Shown in pieces: positions 1 through 15,419 of a DNA stretch of 64,000 nucleotides. A program made the translations under genes and the position numbers. The notes under the pieces were generated by a model. The model saw only the letters and a list, made by a program, of their open reading frames with translations, searched no databases and was not told the DNA's origin. Numbering within the stretch: position 1 is the stretch's first letter; each line of letters opens with the position of its first letter. The DNA is from Schmidtea polychroa (Eukaryota), in contig CM097885.1 in NCBI GenBank assembly GCA_044892525.1, positions 30,754,001 to 30,818,000 on the forward strand. Direction: 5' to 3'.

Positions 1-501
1 AAAGAAAATAGAAAATTTGAAGAATTATCTGAGCAACTTTTACATTTTGATCCGGTTTCAAAAAATCTAAGAGAAAAGGAATTGTTGAGTAAATTTCGTC
101 ATTGTCAATATGAAATTGAAGCATTGAAAGAGAAAATAAATGATTTAAATAAACAAATCAAGTCACGAAATGAAGAAATAAAAATTATTTCTTTTGAATT
201 GAAAAGATTAAAAGTCTACAATGTAGAATTACAATCTCATGCCGAAGTCGCCACTGATAATCGGACGAAATCAGAATTATTGGCGATTTTAAGATCTCGA
301 ATTGAAGAGAAAATCCACTGGGAAACATACGCAGAAACTCTTTTGAGAATGATTTTAGTTAAATGTCCTGATATACTTGAAGTTACTGCTATTAAACGGT
401 ATTGTGAAATTAGTTCAAGTGAGCTCGTCGACATGTGGAACTTCCACATCAATAAGGTCATTAATGAGTGTGAACTTGTTTCCAAATATAATACTTCGTG
501 A
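1..501 (+). CDS. Coiled-coil repeat protein, copy 1 (5'-partial, runs off window)
   Basis: Open frame from the window edge to TGA at 499-501, K/E/L-rich heptad-like sequence. Near-identical to parts of 4801-5666. Confidence 0.55.
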   Translation, partial: KENRKFEELSEQLLHFDPVSKNLREKELLSKFRHCQYEIEALKEKINDLNKQIKSRNEEIKIISFELKRLKVYNVELQSHAEVATDNRTKSELLAILRSRIEEKIHWETYAETLLRMILVKCPDILEVTAIKRYCEISSSELVDMWNFHINKVINECELVSKYNTS

Positions 502-1218
502 AATGATTTTCCTGCTCCCCTAATGGAGATTGAGATTTCACTTTTATTTATTTCAGTAAGAGAAAAAGTTTTTTTTGAACTTTTTTTCAAATTATTTACG
601 ATAAAAATTATCATTTATTCTTCCAAATCCGGCTTGTAGATTTGATTAATTTTTTTAACAGTTTATTTTAATTAATTTTCGCTTTGGATTTCTCATGTTT
701 ATTTTGTACAATTTGTTTTGTATTTATTTTTTATCAAAATTTTTTTTATTTTATTATTAAGAAACTGTTGAGAGCATATTTATTGAAAATTGGAATATCA
801 CTATTGTTTTAATATTTAAAATATTATTATTGGTGGGTTACAGGTTACCAAAATTACACCCTTCTGAGCTGCTTTCAGTGTAATCCAGAATACAATGTTT
901 CCCTGCTACTAGACAACCGTTAAATAAGCAACTTTGGTCATGTGTCAAATGGCGAATGTTAGTAATAAGATAGCTCACTCTGGTGAACTATAATTAGCTA
1001 AAAATTCTTATGGTCCAATTTAGTTTAAGGTCCCTGCTGTCGTTTAGCGCTCAATGGAAAGTAAAAGAATTGTAAAAATCTAGACCTACATAATTCATTT
1101 AAATTTATATTACACAAAGACTAATTTTTTATCGCAAATTTAATCGACTTGAAAATGGACATAAATTATTTCCCATTTCAGACTAGGACTCTGAATTTCA
1201 TCATTGACCAAATGTTTT

Positions 1219-2459
1219 GGATCTATGAAAAAAAACTCTCCATGGGCAGTTTTTTATCATAGGTTTTAAAATAAATAAATAATGTCTACAGTATTCATAT
1301 TATAAATGCTGGATCCATAAAACATTTTTATGTCGTTAACCGTTTGCGGACGGAATTAATTTTAATAAGTAGTATTTTTTAGCATAATTTTTTTCAATAT
1401 ACGAATACCCGATATCGTTGTATGATTTTTTAATGTTTGCCCAGTACAGCTGGCCATTATACATTGTAGAACGTCTGGAACAAAATTCGTGGCCAGCAGT
1501 GCTGGCCTAACGTCCGCAAACGGTTAAAATGAAACTAGAATAATTCGAAGAGATGATCATAAGAATGAATGACGAGGAACTAAACAATTATCTTTTTAAA
1601 AATAAGTTGTTGCATTGTGAAATTACGTGTTCTGTAAAATGTATAGCTTCTTTAAGTTACGAAAAGTGTTCAAGTTTTACCGACTCCTTTTGCTTCAGAT
1701 GTTGTACTGCATCGTGCAACCAGTATAGAAAGAGAATTTCGATCCGGGCATGATCTTTTTATAAAAACATTGCTAAGGATATAAGAACGGTCTGAAAAGT
1801 CTTACTAAAATGGAGTACCGGACAAAGCCAATCCTTAATACTACAATGCATCTACTTATCATAAAATTATGAAACTCTTAATTACTAAGATGGATGTCGA
1901 TAATAAAAATGGAAGAAAACTTGGAGGACCCGGAACGATTATACAAGTTGATGAAACAATGCTCAACATTAAATGTAATAGTCATCGGGGTCGTTCCCCA
2001 GATAACAGAACAGATGCTTTGTGCATTGTTGAATGCGCACCGGAATTATCAGGGTTTTCGTGATGGTCATAGAATACAAAAACCAGACACAATTATGCCA
2101 ATCATTTGCAAAAATGTCGTTTCGGGTAGTACGGTTTATGCTGATGAACACAGAAGTTACCTAGCACTAGCAAGAAATGAGTTTGTACACCATACAGTCT
2201 ACACAAGCATAACTTCGTTAACCCCATTGATGGTACACATACTCAACATGGTGAGTCATTCAACAATGTAATCAAGCAGGGAATAAAGAAAAGAATGGGC
2301 GTATGAGTTGAAAAAAGAAATGAATTCCTGGCAGAGACTGTTTGGCGATGGAATAACAAGAATAATTTATTTGAAGCCGTAATTGCATTAATAAAACTCT
2401 AATAACTTTTATAGTTTCTATTTTTTTATAATATTTGGGCAGTTTTTTTTCATAGATCC
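1219..2459 (+). mobile_element. Merlin/IS1595-like DNA transposon, degenerate
   Basis: ~24-bp TIRs GGATCTATGAAAAAAAACT(C/G)... and ...AGTTTTTTTTCATAGATCC. Broken transposase with Zn-knuckle N-terminus, IQVDETM, YADEHRSY and HTQ motifs. No clear TSD. Confidence 0.85.
1340..1523. mobile_element. piggyBac-type MITE nested in the Merlin element
   Basis: TTAA|CCGTTTGCGGACG ... CGTCCGCAAACGG|TTAA (13-bp TIR, TTAA TSD). Confidence 0.85.
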
Positions 2460-2789
2460 CAAAATTCTTATACTAAGACTTTAATAGTGAACACAAATTT
2501 AAAAATAATGATTCATGGAAAAGAAGGCACCTATGGCAATTTTCCAAATTTGCAGCTGCGTTTCGATCACATATTGTTCCCGCCTTTCACCGGGTCTTAA
2601 GTATACATATATATATTTTTTTATATAAATGAGTATCAAAATACATTATAAAATTAATTTTATAATTTAAAAAAACACATTGCAATATAACTTTTAGAAC
2701 ACAAAGTAACAAAAAATTCAGCATCGAAATGTTTGTTCGAATTATCAAACTTTACAAATATACACAAAATAAATATTAATAATATAATA

Positions 2790-3480
2790 GCCGTCATTAA
2801 TTTGCTTGTTTGTTTGTACGCGTGTCGGATCAAATCAAAACTGGTCCTATTTTAAGGAATAGGTAAAAGAGTAACAAAAAAAGTCTTAGTCCGGAGGAGC
2901 TGGAACGTAAGCGTGCGAAGAACAGAATTCAACAGCAACAAAACTCTCTAATGAAACTGAGGACCAACGTGAAGTTAGAAGACAGGCAAATGACAAAGGA
3001 GACAAAATCTAATAGAAGAACGTCAAAAAATACTCGAGGCAAAACGCTTGAGGTAAGCTCAAAGGAGAAGAACTGAAACTGAGGATGAGCATCATGCCAG
3101 TTTGGAAGCTCAACGTTTGCGACCAGTTCAAAGAAGTAATGACGAAACTGAGGATGAACGTCAGATGAGACAGAGTATTGCTAGAATGACACAAAACGTA
3201 GAAAAAAAGCGAAACTTTAGAACAAAAAAAAATAGAATTTCATTAAGTCGGTCATTATAAATTGGGGCCCAGGAACGAAGAATCAACAGATAAGAGAGGA
3301 GGCAACTATTTTCAACGAAAATTCAGTGCAACAAAATTCATGTGGAGAATTGAACATGAAATGACAGTTTTACGGAGCTCTTCTTTTTCTACAAGAACGA
3401 ACCAAAAATGGAAAATTCAATTCCTGCTATCATAACGCTAAAATAAAACTTTTCCTTTGCTTAAAGGGGGATTATACTAG
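2790..3480 (+). mobile_element. Helitron-like remnant (5' Rep region, internally deleted)
   Basis: Degenerate ETEDQR/ETEDER repeats, then a CGELNMK...GALLF...CYHNAKI-like Zn motif. Ends in CTAG at 3477-3480. Confidence 0.5.
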
Positions 3481-3499
3481 TTATATATAAATATATATA

Positions 3500-4150
3500 G
3501 GCAGTTTATGGAATATTCTCTATACCATTTCCCGCTTTTAGTTTGTCTATAAAGACTGTGATAATCTTTCAAGTTTGGAAATTTCTGAATGTTTCCTGAT
3601 TTTCACTACGACCTTCAAATAGGTGTTCATACACTGTCTGCTATGATGTTCATATTTCTTCTCTCGTCCATATGTGACTACTCTTTTCCAGATCCTTTGG
3701 AAAATGTTGTTTCAGCTGGCTTTTCATTTTGATGATAATGTCTCTAGGAATTCTCCTATGGCTGTGTTGTTTTTGTCCCATCTTTCCACTTTCCCATTGC
3801 ACTGAGGATGATATTATGTAGTGCCACTGTGGTCAAATTTGTGCTTGTTGCAGTGATAACTGAATGTTGGTGAGATGAATTGTTAGCCATTATCAAATAT
3901 GACTATCTTTGGTCATTTATATGGGACAAACAATTCAAAGGCTATAGTGACACAATTCCCAGTTATTAATGTATGTAAGGAATGACATGACGTTAGTAAT
4001 TTATTTTGTCAGTAGTTGTATTAAAAAGTTTTAAATTTTGATTTGGTTTATCTAGTTTTCTTATTTTTCTGACGTAGTCCGAATTTTTGTACCATTTCTG
4101 AATGAGTTCTTATTATTAGCTGAGTATAATGGGATTTTATCAGTTTCATA
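3500..4150 (-). mobile_element. Possible decayed non-LTR retrotransposon (RTE-like) 3' fragment
   Basis: Purine-rich minus strand with weak similarity to RTE C-terminal motifs; many stops. Confidence 0.3.
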
Positions 4151-4242
4151 GTTACGTACGTGCTAAATTTGTTGAGGATCTATATTTGAGTAAAGAATAT
4201 TGTTATAAGTAAAATTAGTGTAAGAAATATTTTAGTTAAAAC

Positions 4243-4510
<268 letters not shown>

Positions 4511-4602
4511 GAAATTATTCCTGATATATTATGTAATATTTTTGATATATTGTATAATAATATTATTTTTAAAGAGATTATAATTTCAATTATTTATTTT
4601 AG

Positions 4603-5666
4603 ATGGAACAATTAGTTGCTTCAACTCAAAAAATTCACGAATTAGAAGATGTAAATTATTTTTTACAAAAAGAAAATGCTGGTCTTTCAAAGGACATTGA
4701 AAATTTGAAACAAGAATTAATCGGAAAAGATTTAATGGAAAGTGAATTACTCCAAAGAAATGAAGATTTAGCGAGAAAATTGACATTATTAAATATTGAT
4801 AAAGAAAATAGAAAATTTGAAGAATTATCCGAACAACTTTTACATTTTGATCCGGTTTCAAAAAATCTAAGAGAAAAGGAATTGTTGAGTAAATTTCGTC
4901 ATTGTCAAAATGAGAATGAAGCATTGAAAAAGAAAATAAATAATTTAAATAAACAAATCAAGTCACAAAATGAAGAAATAAAAATTATTTCTTTTGAATT
5001 GAAAAGATCAAAAGGTTTTAAAGTAGAATTACAAAAAGAAAATGCTGGTCTTTCAGAGGACATTGAAAATTTGAAAAAAGAATTAATCAGAAAAGATTTA
5101 ATGGAAAGTGAATTACTCCAAAGAAATGAAGATTTAGCGAGAAAAGTGACATTATTAAAAATTGATAAAGAAAATAGAAAATTTGAAGATTTATTAGAGA
5201 AACTTTTAACCTTTTATCAGATTTCGATAAACTTGACAGAAAAGGAATTGTTGAATAAATTACGGCCTTGTCAATATGAAATTGAAGCATTGAAAGAGAA
5301 AAAAATTGTTTAAATAAACAAATCAAGTCACGAAATGAAGAAATAAAAATTATTTCTTTTGAATTGAAAAGATTAAAAGTCTACAATGTAGAATTACAAT
5401 CTCATGCCGAAGTCGCCACTGATAATCGGACGAAATCAGAATTATTGGCGATTTTAAGATCTCGAATTGAAGAGAAAATCCACTGGGAAACATACGCAGA
5501 AACTCTTTTGAGAATGATTTTAGTTAAATGTCCTGATATACTTGAAGTTACTGCTATTAAACGGTATTGCGAAATTAGTTCAAGTGAGCTCGTCGACATG
5601 TGGAACTTCCACATCAATAAGGTCATTAATGAGTGTGAACTTGTTTCCAAATATAATACTTCGTGA
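4603..5666 (+). pseudogene. Coiled-coil repeat protein, copy 2, frameshifted
   Basis: ORFs 4603-5313 and 5364-5666 are joined by a 1-nt deletion near 5300 relative to copy 1. Internal 366-bp (122-aa) tandem repeat. Preceded by a splice-acceptor-like TTTTTAG. Confidence 0.6.
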
Positions 5667-6949
5667 AATGATTTTCCTGCTCCCCTAATGGAGATTGAGA
5701 TTTCACTTTTATTTATTTCAGTAAGAGAAAAAGTTTTTTTTGAACTTTTTTTCAAATTATTTACGACAAAAATTATCATTTATTCTTCCAAATCCGGCTT
5801 GTAGATTTGATTAATTTTTTTAACAGTTTATTTTAATTAATTTTCGCTTTGGATTTCTCATGTTTATTTTGTACAATTTGTTTTGTATTTATTTTTTATC
5901 AAAATTTTTTTTATTTTATTATTAAGAAACTGTTGAAAGCATATTTATTGAAAATTGGAATATCACTATTGTTTTAATTTTAAAATATTATTATTTTGTT
6001 TAATTACTTTTAATTTTTAAAATAAGTTAAAGAAAATGCATTTTCATATGGTCCAAATGAATCATCAGAAAGTAGATCATAAAATGCCCTCTAGGCCAGT
6101 TTTTGGTGCACCCTCCCCTTATTACTAACTAACAGAAATCAATAATTATTCCATTACTTAGTATTAACTTACTTAAATTACTTAACCTAATTATTTAGTT
6201 AAATTCTTTTTAAGTATAAAGTGATGATTTCTTGGTAGCAGCATTTGACAAGATTGACAAGGACTATCTTATAGTCGAAATTTTTTTCATTAAATACAGT
6301 ATTCGCTGCAAAAGGCTTAAATTATCACTTTATTGTTTTAAATTCTTTTTAATAATATTAATTTTTAAATATTTTAATTTGATTATTAAATTATTTTTTT
6401 TATTATTAACTTTATTTTGCTTAATTCTTAATTACTTTAAATAACTTTTTTTTATTTTGAAATTTTTTATATTAAAATTTAATTGTCTTTTTATTATTAT
6501 TAATACAATTACATATTAATTTTATTATTATTTTACATGTTTCGTATTTTTTTATTATTCAGAACACATACATAATGAATAGTCAGTTTATATACCATAA
6601 TTATTGTTAGCCACAGAACTTCTGGTATTAATTGGATCCATTTAATATTTCAAATACAACGTTTTATTATATAATCACAATAGTATTTAAACAAATCATA
6701 TCATAATTTGTTTGAGGAGTTTCTATAAAAATAATTAATGCATAAGTAAGGATTGCAACATACAGACAACATACAATAATAATTTAATAATTTTTTAGAA
6801 TGCCTCACAATTATTATAAATTTTAGCACTAATAACGACAAAAATAAATATGTTGCAAAATGAAAGATCCCATCATTGAATTCAAATAAATGACATTAGA
6901 GGGTTTAATACATATGATTTACATATACATAACAACAAAATAAGTTGAG

Positions 6950-7480
6950 GACGACGATCTGCTCGCAATTGGAATAACTCATGATGACTTTTATGATTCC
7001 GATTTTTGTGAAGATAATAATGACAATGATCATTTCGAACGGAAATTCTTTGAGATGGTTGGAAATGATAGGTCGGTATGACCCAGTTATTGCAGACAAT
7101 TTAAATAAAGTCAAAGAGGCCCAAACAGAGAAGAAAAGAATGCAAGTTCACTAAATGTCGCCTGATTTTCAAAACGAATTCCTTGCAGTTTGTGCGAAAT
7201 TCGTTCTACATGTCATTCAAGAATCTATTCTGGAAGCGGTCCATTATTCTGAATTATTCGATGGGTCTCCTGACAACAGTCTTATGAAACAAAATTCATT
7301 CGTCATTCGTTATGTTTCAGTCAACAAAAGAATATAATATTTATGGAGAATTTTTCAGGTTTTGGCAGCACTCATTCAAAGTGATCTAGAAAAAATGAAT
7401 GTTCCAATCGAGAATTGTAGAAGCCAAGGCTATGAAAACGCGTTCAATAAATCAGGAAATATGTACATCAGAGAATATCT
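6950..7480 (+). mobile_element. hAT (ZMYM1/DUF4371-like) transposase fragment
   Basis: NFFEM..RYDP, SPDFQNEF, FDGSPD, VIRYV and RSQGYENA motifs. Confidence 0.7.
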
Positions 7481-7902
7481 GAACATCAAAAAACTAAAAG
7501 GCATATTAGTTCTGTTGTTTCATATTTTACACCTACTGGCTCTTCAAATTTGGATGTATTATTTTTTGAAAAACAAGAGAACATTAAAAAACAGAAAATA
7601 AAAAAATAACACTGAAGTTATCAATATTGTAATTAACATCGTTAAAATGATCGGAAAAGAGGTCTAAGCTTTCGAAGAAAACATGAAAACATCGTGTCAC
7701 TTGAAAATATAAATTTGGATCAGGGTAACTTTTTAGAAATTTTGTTATTACTTAAACAACATAATAGAACATTAGAACTGCACATTGATAATTTAATAAA
7801 AAAGCAAAAGATCTTTAAACATCCTGAATATAAAGTACGTGGATCTAAATTAACTTTTTTCTCATAAACAACAATAAACAAAATTGTTCAGTTACTGTAA
7901 GA

Positions 7903-8658
<756 letters not shown>

Positions 8659-9410
8659 CTGTAAGATATGTTTATGAAAGTGACATACATGAACGAATAT
8701 TCGTTATGAAAACTTGTAATGATACAAATGGAAAAGGTCTTTGCAATTTGTTTGAAAATATATTCAAAAAAATTGAAATGTGTTAGTTGCTCTACTGATG
8801 GTGATTCAAATATGTGTGGAGAATATGATGGATTTCGTAACTAGCTGGAAAAAATCACGAAATTTCAAATATATGTTTAATGTTATTCACATAAATTAAT
8901 TATAATTTTTTAAAGACATAACGTCTGAAACCAATTTCCTTATTCGGACTCATAGCAGAAAATTAAAAATTTTTTACGAGAAGGATATAAAAGAATGACT
9001 GTGCTTTGACAGTATACAATAACGATTATATCTACAATTTCAAATACGAGAAATTTGGTCTACTATTATGACCTAGGACCCGTCAAAATCAGTCTAAGAA
9101 GGGGTATACTCCTCCATTAGGACCTATTGAAAAAAAAATTTTGGTTCAAATTTTAACCTGTCTATGATTTTGGAAATTACAGTGATCCAGATACATCACT
9201 TTTTTTTCAAATATTTCTGACATTAAATCACATTAAAAATGATTCTTCTTTTCCTTCGCATGCTCATTTTGCAGCTTCGAATTTATTAGATAATTTATTT
9301 AAATATGAAACCGTGTTAACTGATCACATATATTTATAGTTATTTGGCTGTACAACTCCTTTATCAAAATATTTGCAAACAATCAATCTGTTTCATGTTA
9401 CGGTTGATAC

Positions 9411-9697
9411 CAACGTTCCCTCTAAGCTGCGCGCGCGCAGCAAAATTATTTTCAGCGCAGTATATTTATTATAAAACATTACGAATTTTTGATACTCAAT
9501 ATTATTATGTGGTTCATTTTGAATATTTAAAAATTTCAATGTTAATAACCAGATGCATAATAACGGTATATTTCTGTAGTGTCGTTTTAAAACTCTTACA
9601 ACCACGTTATATCATTTTGACGCTCATTTGTATTTAAAGGCTGCTCAGCGCAGCTGACTTTGCGCGCACTGCTGCTTATGGCTTAGAGGGAACATTG
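9411..9697. mobile_element. hAT MITE
   Basis: TIR CAA(C/T)GTTCCCTCTAAGC, 8-bp TSD GTTGATAC. Confidence 0.92.
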
Positions 9698-10373
9698 GTT
9701 GATACTATATCGACTGATCTAAATAATTTTAAAATAATAAAATTGGATTGTGATAAGTTTATTCAATTCATTAATAATAAATATGAAAGGTATTCAGTTG
9801 ATCTTGATGATGAAATTGAAATTAATAATATTCAAATTCAATCAAATTTACCTGTCGTCAGAAAAAAGTAACAAAAATAAAACAGTAGAAGAAATTGATA
9901 CAGAAAATATAGAAAATTTAGAAAAAGGAATATTAAAAAACATGTATGAACGAGTATTGGAAGATTTTAAGGAACGATTTTCGAATAATGAAGAGCTGTT
10001 TGATGAAATTCAATATTTGCAACCAAATTTCTTTGTGAAAAATGCTTATTCAGATAATTTTAAATCTCTAAGACCAGTAATGGGAAAACTAGATTCTAAT
10101 TTCGTAATGTCCGATTTATTTGTGAGATATGAAGACTTTGTGGAGAAATGGAAATATTTGAAAAAAAATCTATCTGAAAAATATTTTGCTGGGAATTATA
10201 AGCTGGAGATTAATGGGGTGGCGGAGTCGAAATCGGAAATAATGAGTGAGTGTATATGATGCAAGAATTGCTTACTATGTTGTTTTAAGGTATTATATGA
10301 GTATGATTTGTATAACGAGGCTTACAAAGACGTTTTTAAAATGATAAAAGTTGTGCTGATGTTGTCAGTGACC

Positions 10374-12768
10374 CAGGGGCGGATTAAGCTTGCACGGGGA
10401 TCTTGGCTGCAATTCAAACTGGGGCCCGGTCCAGTACAGTGTCCATATAAAATGATTGCTAGCAGCTAATGTAAGACTGTAACTTGTAAGGCAGAGTTAA
10501 AAATAAAAAATTAAATATAAGTAAATTTAATTTATATAAAGTTAAATGAATTCACACTTCATTAAAATATTTATTATTAGACTATATATTTCAACCTAGA
10601 ACCTACGCTTGCGAACTTTTCTCATGGCGAAGTTATCAATTATGTCAGTAAAGCTAAGTGAGCATACAATTTCACTTTCGATGCTCATTAAAAAGAGCAG
10701 ACTCAGCCTTTGGCAGATGCCCCTCGGATGGCATCATTGCTGAGCTGAGTTAGGTTTGTAAGAAAGCCAAAGCTCTCATGGATGTCTTCATATGCGTCTA
10801 ACCGATGTTGGAGAGCTGAAGAGAGTTTTTCAATGATTACCAAAAATACCTCAACCTTGAATTTTTGTCTCGGTCAAAATACTGTTTCAGCTAATGGCCC
10901 TTTATCAAACTAACACTTTCTCTTTTGTAATATTATTGAAGATTGTTTATACTCTTTCTCCACAGACTTCTGCTTTCCTTTTTCTTCATAAGAATCAAAT
11001 TCAGAACGCTGCCTTTTAACAAACTCAAGGAGAGATTTCAACAAATGGATGGCTGAATTCAAAGATAGTCCTCGCTCTTGAAGGGACAAATTCGTTTTCT
11101 GAAATCTTTCTAAAATTGTGTAGCAAATTTCAAGTAAAATAGCGACTTTTAGTTGTTCAAGTTTTTCCGAAATCCTTCTGCTTTAAGTCGACTGTCACGC
11201 GGCTGATTTTAGTCAGTTGCCAATTCTTCCAATGATGCAATATTCTCATTGTATGATTTATTAACAGACCTCACAGCATCATGTCTGACTGATCATCTTG
11301 TGTCAGAAAAGGCTTTGTTAACAGGTAACCTTTTTAGGTGTTTTTGATGTACCTGCCAACGATGAGTAGATGCAACAAGCCAGGTATAAAGATTTTGCAA
11401 AAGGCAAAAAAAATCTGGCTGCAGCAGGACAACCTTCTGCTGCAATTTTCCCAAACAAATTAAGGGAATGAGCCGTGCACGGCACATAATGAGCAACACT
11501 GCACTTCTCACGAAGGATAGCCTTATACTTCCCACTCATATTTGCAGCGTTGTCGTATGACTGTCCACGGCAATCTTGAATTTGAATGCCATTTTCTTCC
11601 AAAAAATTAAGAATAGTTCGGGCAATTTCTGATCCAATGTGGGAATACATTGGTATGAACTTGATGAATCGTTCTACAGGGCCAAATTGTGCAACATACC
11701 GGATTATCACTGTTAACTGGTCCACATGCATAACATCTGGCGTGGAGTCTACAGATATCGAGAAGTACTTTGCAGATTTTATTTCAGCAACAATAACAGA
11801 CAATACCTTTTGACCCATCAGTTCAATCAACTCTTCACAGATAGTTGAGGAAATATAAGACGTGTGCCACATCCTTTATTTCCATGTTGGGAGATATGTT
11901 CAACAAGAAATGTGTCAAACTGACTCAGTAGTTCCAGCATTCCAAGGTAGTTACCATTGCTCGGTGAGCCTAAAAGTTCGATTTTTGCCACGGAATCCAA
12001 GACCACGAATACAAAGAAATTGTATAACGCTTACTATCCTTATAAGTACTTTTTTCCAATATTGGACTTCACTTTCAAATTGCTTGGAAAGATTGGAGTC
12101 TATTTGCATGGATGATTTACGACCACTTAGTGTTGCCATTACATTAAGATGTTGCTTAGAGTTTTCATGACTCGAAAGCATTTCATGGGCATGCTTCGAA
12201 TCCTTAAAGCCAGTTGTAAGCTTGCTCACTGTCTGTGAGATCAACTTGCATACAAAACAATAAACACAGTCACTAGTTTTTGAATAGCATAACCAATTTC
12301 TGTCAAACCGCTTTCCTGTTCGCGCATGAGCACGTGTAAACAATGTTAAAGTACAATAACGGCTTTGTCCCTCCTTATCCGAATGTATACATGATTCTTT
12401 AAAACCGTCATCCTTATGTTGACAAAATGATGAACCACGCTGAATCAAGTGATTATGCATGTTCTCAGAGATTTTTTCTGGCCAAAGATGAAGATCATTA
12501 ATGGCAACATAATCCAAATCCATAACAGCCTGTGAAGAAGCAGGCTCATTAGTCATGACTTCAGTGTTCACTGAGTTCTCTTCATAATCTGTTTTTGGCA
12601 TCGTAGTTGGGTTGCAGAAGAATGTAATTTTATGAGTTTTTTCATATAACTCCTTTTCTCTTTTTTCAGTTTTAATGAAGCTGCACGATTTTGTGCGCCA
12701 CTGGGATATGAACGTTGCATGACTATAATTAATTTCTGATATAAAAACAAATTTTAGACAACGATATA

Positions 12769-12799
<31 letters not shown>

Positions 12800-12910
12800 A
12801 TTTTTTGAAAAAGCATAATATGCTATTCTAATTTTATTTTTAATTTAAAATTTTTGGGGCCCTAAAAATTTGGGGGCCCCTGACTTTAGCCCGTTCAGCC
12901 CTCCCTTAAT
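10374..12910 (-). mobile_element. hAT transposon with ZMYM1-like transposase pseudogene
   Basis: ORF pieces with a TTF-type Zn finger (WLCYS..YCFVC), SVDSTPD, RGQSYDNAANMSG and CTAHSLNL. Left TIR CAGGGGCGGATTAAG; right TIR truncated at CTTAAT. TSD CAGTGACC/CAGTGATC. Confidence 0.9.
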
Positions 12911-13248
12911 CAGTGATCGAAGTTCAGAGTGAACGTTCCTTTAATATTCTAAAATATATTAAGAATCACTTAAGAAATAGATTAAGTGAAGATCATCTGG
13001 ATTTGCTAAATATAATTAATGAAAACAAAGATTTTTAAATGGTTATAGAGAATGAAGAAGTGATTAATGAAATTTGTAAGTGTGGTACTGGGTTTACCAA
13101 AAATTTAATATTGTAACTTAACTTGTAATGTTGTGTAATAAAGTTGCGATTTTGAACAATTACTGCTTTTTTATAGAGAAATGCGGGCAGGTATTTCAAA
13201 ATTTCCCGGTGCAATTTCCAAATCCAGTCCAACCCTAGTATTATGAGC

Positions 13249-14294
13249 TAGTGGCCTGCCGAACTTTGATTTGAACTTCGATTCGGACCAAAGTTCAAAC
13301 ACTTCGGAAACTTCGGACTTCGGCAATAGACCCTGTACGATCCAAATATTGAAATTTTGCTTGAGCGATAATAAATTATTATTGTTCCGTGATTATTTAC
13401 ATTAAAATTAATGGCGACACGCAAACAATGAAAGTAAATAAAATCTTAGTTGTTGTTGTTCATTTTTCTTTACTATCGATTTTCCTTTCTACGACTATGT
13501 CATACGAACACTGACAAGTCTAGCCTAGCCGTGGCTGTGTCGCTGTGTACACAATAGCCGTTCATGTTCATGCATCTCTATTCTCTACACTATAGCAGCC
13601 TTATACGTTAATCTCCGACTATACGTTTGATCGAACAGAGAAAAGCAATAGCTCTCTACATCCAAGACAACGAAGTCACCAATCTGACAAACAATCAGTG
13701 GAACTTAATTGAAAGGGTCGTGTCGACATTGCGTCCATTTGAAGAGGAAACGCGGAATGCTAGTTTGTCACCTGCAACAAGCGGAATGATTATTCCAAGT
13801 GTGCGTGTACTTCAGGCAGTTTTGAAGAGAGGGTGACGACCTCTGCATTCAAACAATGCGTGCTGAAATGCTTGCGGATCTCAGCCGCAGGTATGCTAAC
13901 GTTAAAAATAATAAGTTGTGCGTGTTATCTACTGCTTTGGATCCAGTGTACAAGCTTCGTCTCTTTAACGCGGAAACTGCTGCCACTGCAAAACAATGGC
14001 TTCTGGATGCAATGAATGCTGTAACGTCGACGGACAACTCGCGTGATGAAGTGCCAGCAGGCCCAACACCTTCCACATCATCTTCATCAGCCACATCTGC
14101 TTTGGATAGCTATAATTTAGTTATAATTTTGGTTAGCGTTGATTCCTTTCTTGGTATCGCCGTAGGTCATTGCAGTAGGTACAGGTCCCTAAATTATTTT
14201 CGCGCACCAGACATTTGATTCGACTTCGGCCAAATAGTAATTTAAAAATTTGAACTTCGGACTTCGGCAAAAAAGTCACTTCGGCAGGCCCCTA
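13249..14294 (+). mobile_element. hAT (ZBED1/ZBED4-like) deletion derivative
   Basis: TIR TAG(T/G)GGCCTGCCGAA, 8-bp TSD TTATGAGC, and the fragment LTNNQW..LRPFEE..TALDPVYK. Confidence 0.9.
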
Positions 14295-15419
14295 TTATGA
14301 GCATTTGTATGAACAGTTTGATGAGCTATTTGATGATTATTCTACAAATTTTCACTATTCACTATCATGTAATGATCATATCTTGGACTTTTATTCTTTC
14401 CCAACCAAAACCGTTTTATCTTCATTATTTTTAAGATTGACTTTAGTAGTTAGAAATCAATAAAAATTATGATTGCTGGTGCTTATTCTAAATCGAGACA
14501 CCTTAGGTAGTTCTAATCCATTGCAACAATCCAGATAATACTGTTTTTGAATATCTTGATCTTTCAATGTTACACATTTCGCATTTTTCGCATTCGTATT
14601 ACTTAGTAAACTATAAGATTTTGGTTGCAGAAATATTCACTCTGTAACCAATACCCTTACATAATTCCCACTTTATCAGTTATGTTACTGGTGCGTTAAA
14701 ACAAATAGACATAGTAGTCAATTTTTGCCCGACGGAATGAATTATGAATAATAAAATATGCCGGAGAATTCTTAAAAGATCACGAATGGGAAATGACAAT
14801 TAAAGGAGACGAATAAACTATTTTCGATATAATTAAAATCAAGTATTTACTGTGAGAATGTTTTAACCAACCCAATATAAGCTCGACATTAGTCTTCCAT
14901 TATAAATCACATTTAATCACTTTAAAACTTAATTTTATTCAGTTAGTTATCCATAAAATCAAAAATAATTTACTTCAATGTTGATGGTTAAATTAGTTAT
15001 TCATTAATTGTTAATTATAAAATATAAAATTTTTTTTAGAAGACTTTTAAAAGTAAAACTTTCCATTAAGACTAAATCTGAGTACTTAGTAGAGTTTTAA
15101 AATATATATTTTTTATCAAAAAATACAGTAAAAATATAAATCATAATTAAAATTTTGAGCTTTTAAATTATATTAGAATCTTTTTCAAAATATTAATTAT
15201 CACATGACATTATTTTGTTTTGTTAAATAATGTAAAAAAATAAACACCATGAATTAATTTTTTGCTAAATTGCAATTTTTTAATTTTTAGTATAATACCA
15301 TGCCATATTTAATATTTATCAAATTATTGTTTTTAAATTCATTTTATACTTATATGTTTAATTGATGTTATAGCTTAAGCAGTAAATTCTTTACGATTTA
15401 TATTTTAGATTAATACAAA

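Noticed and set aside
237..614. Antisense 125-aa ORF (and its copy at 5402-5779)
   Set aside because: Shadow of the + strand gene; the repetition is explained by the duplication.
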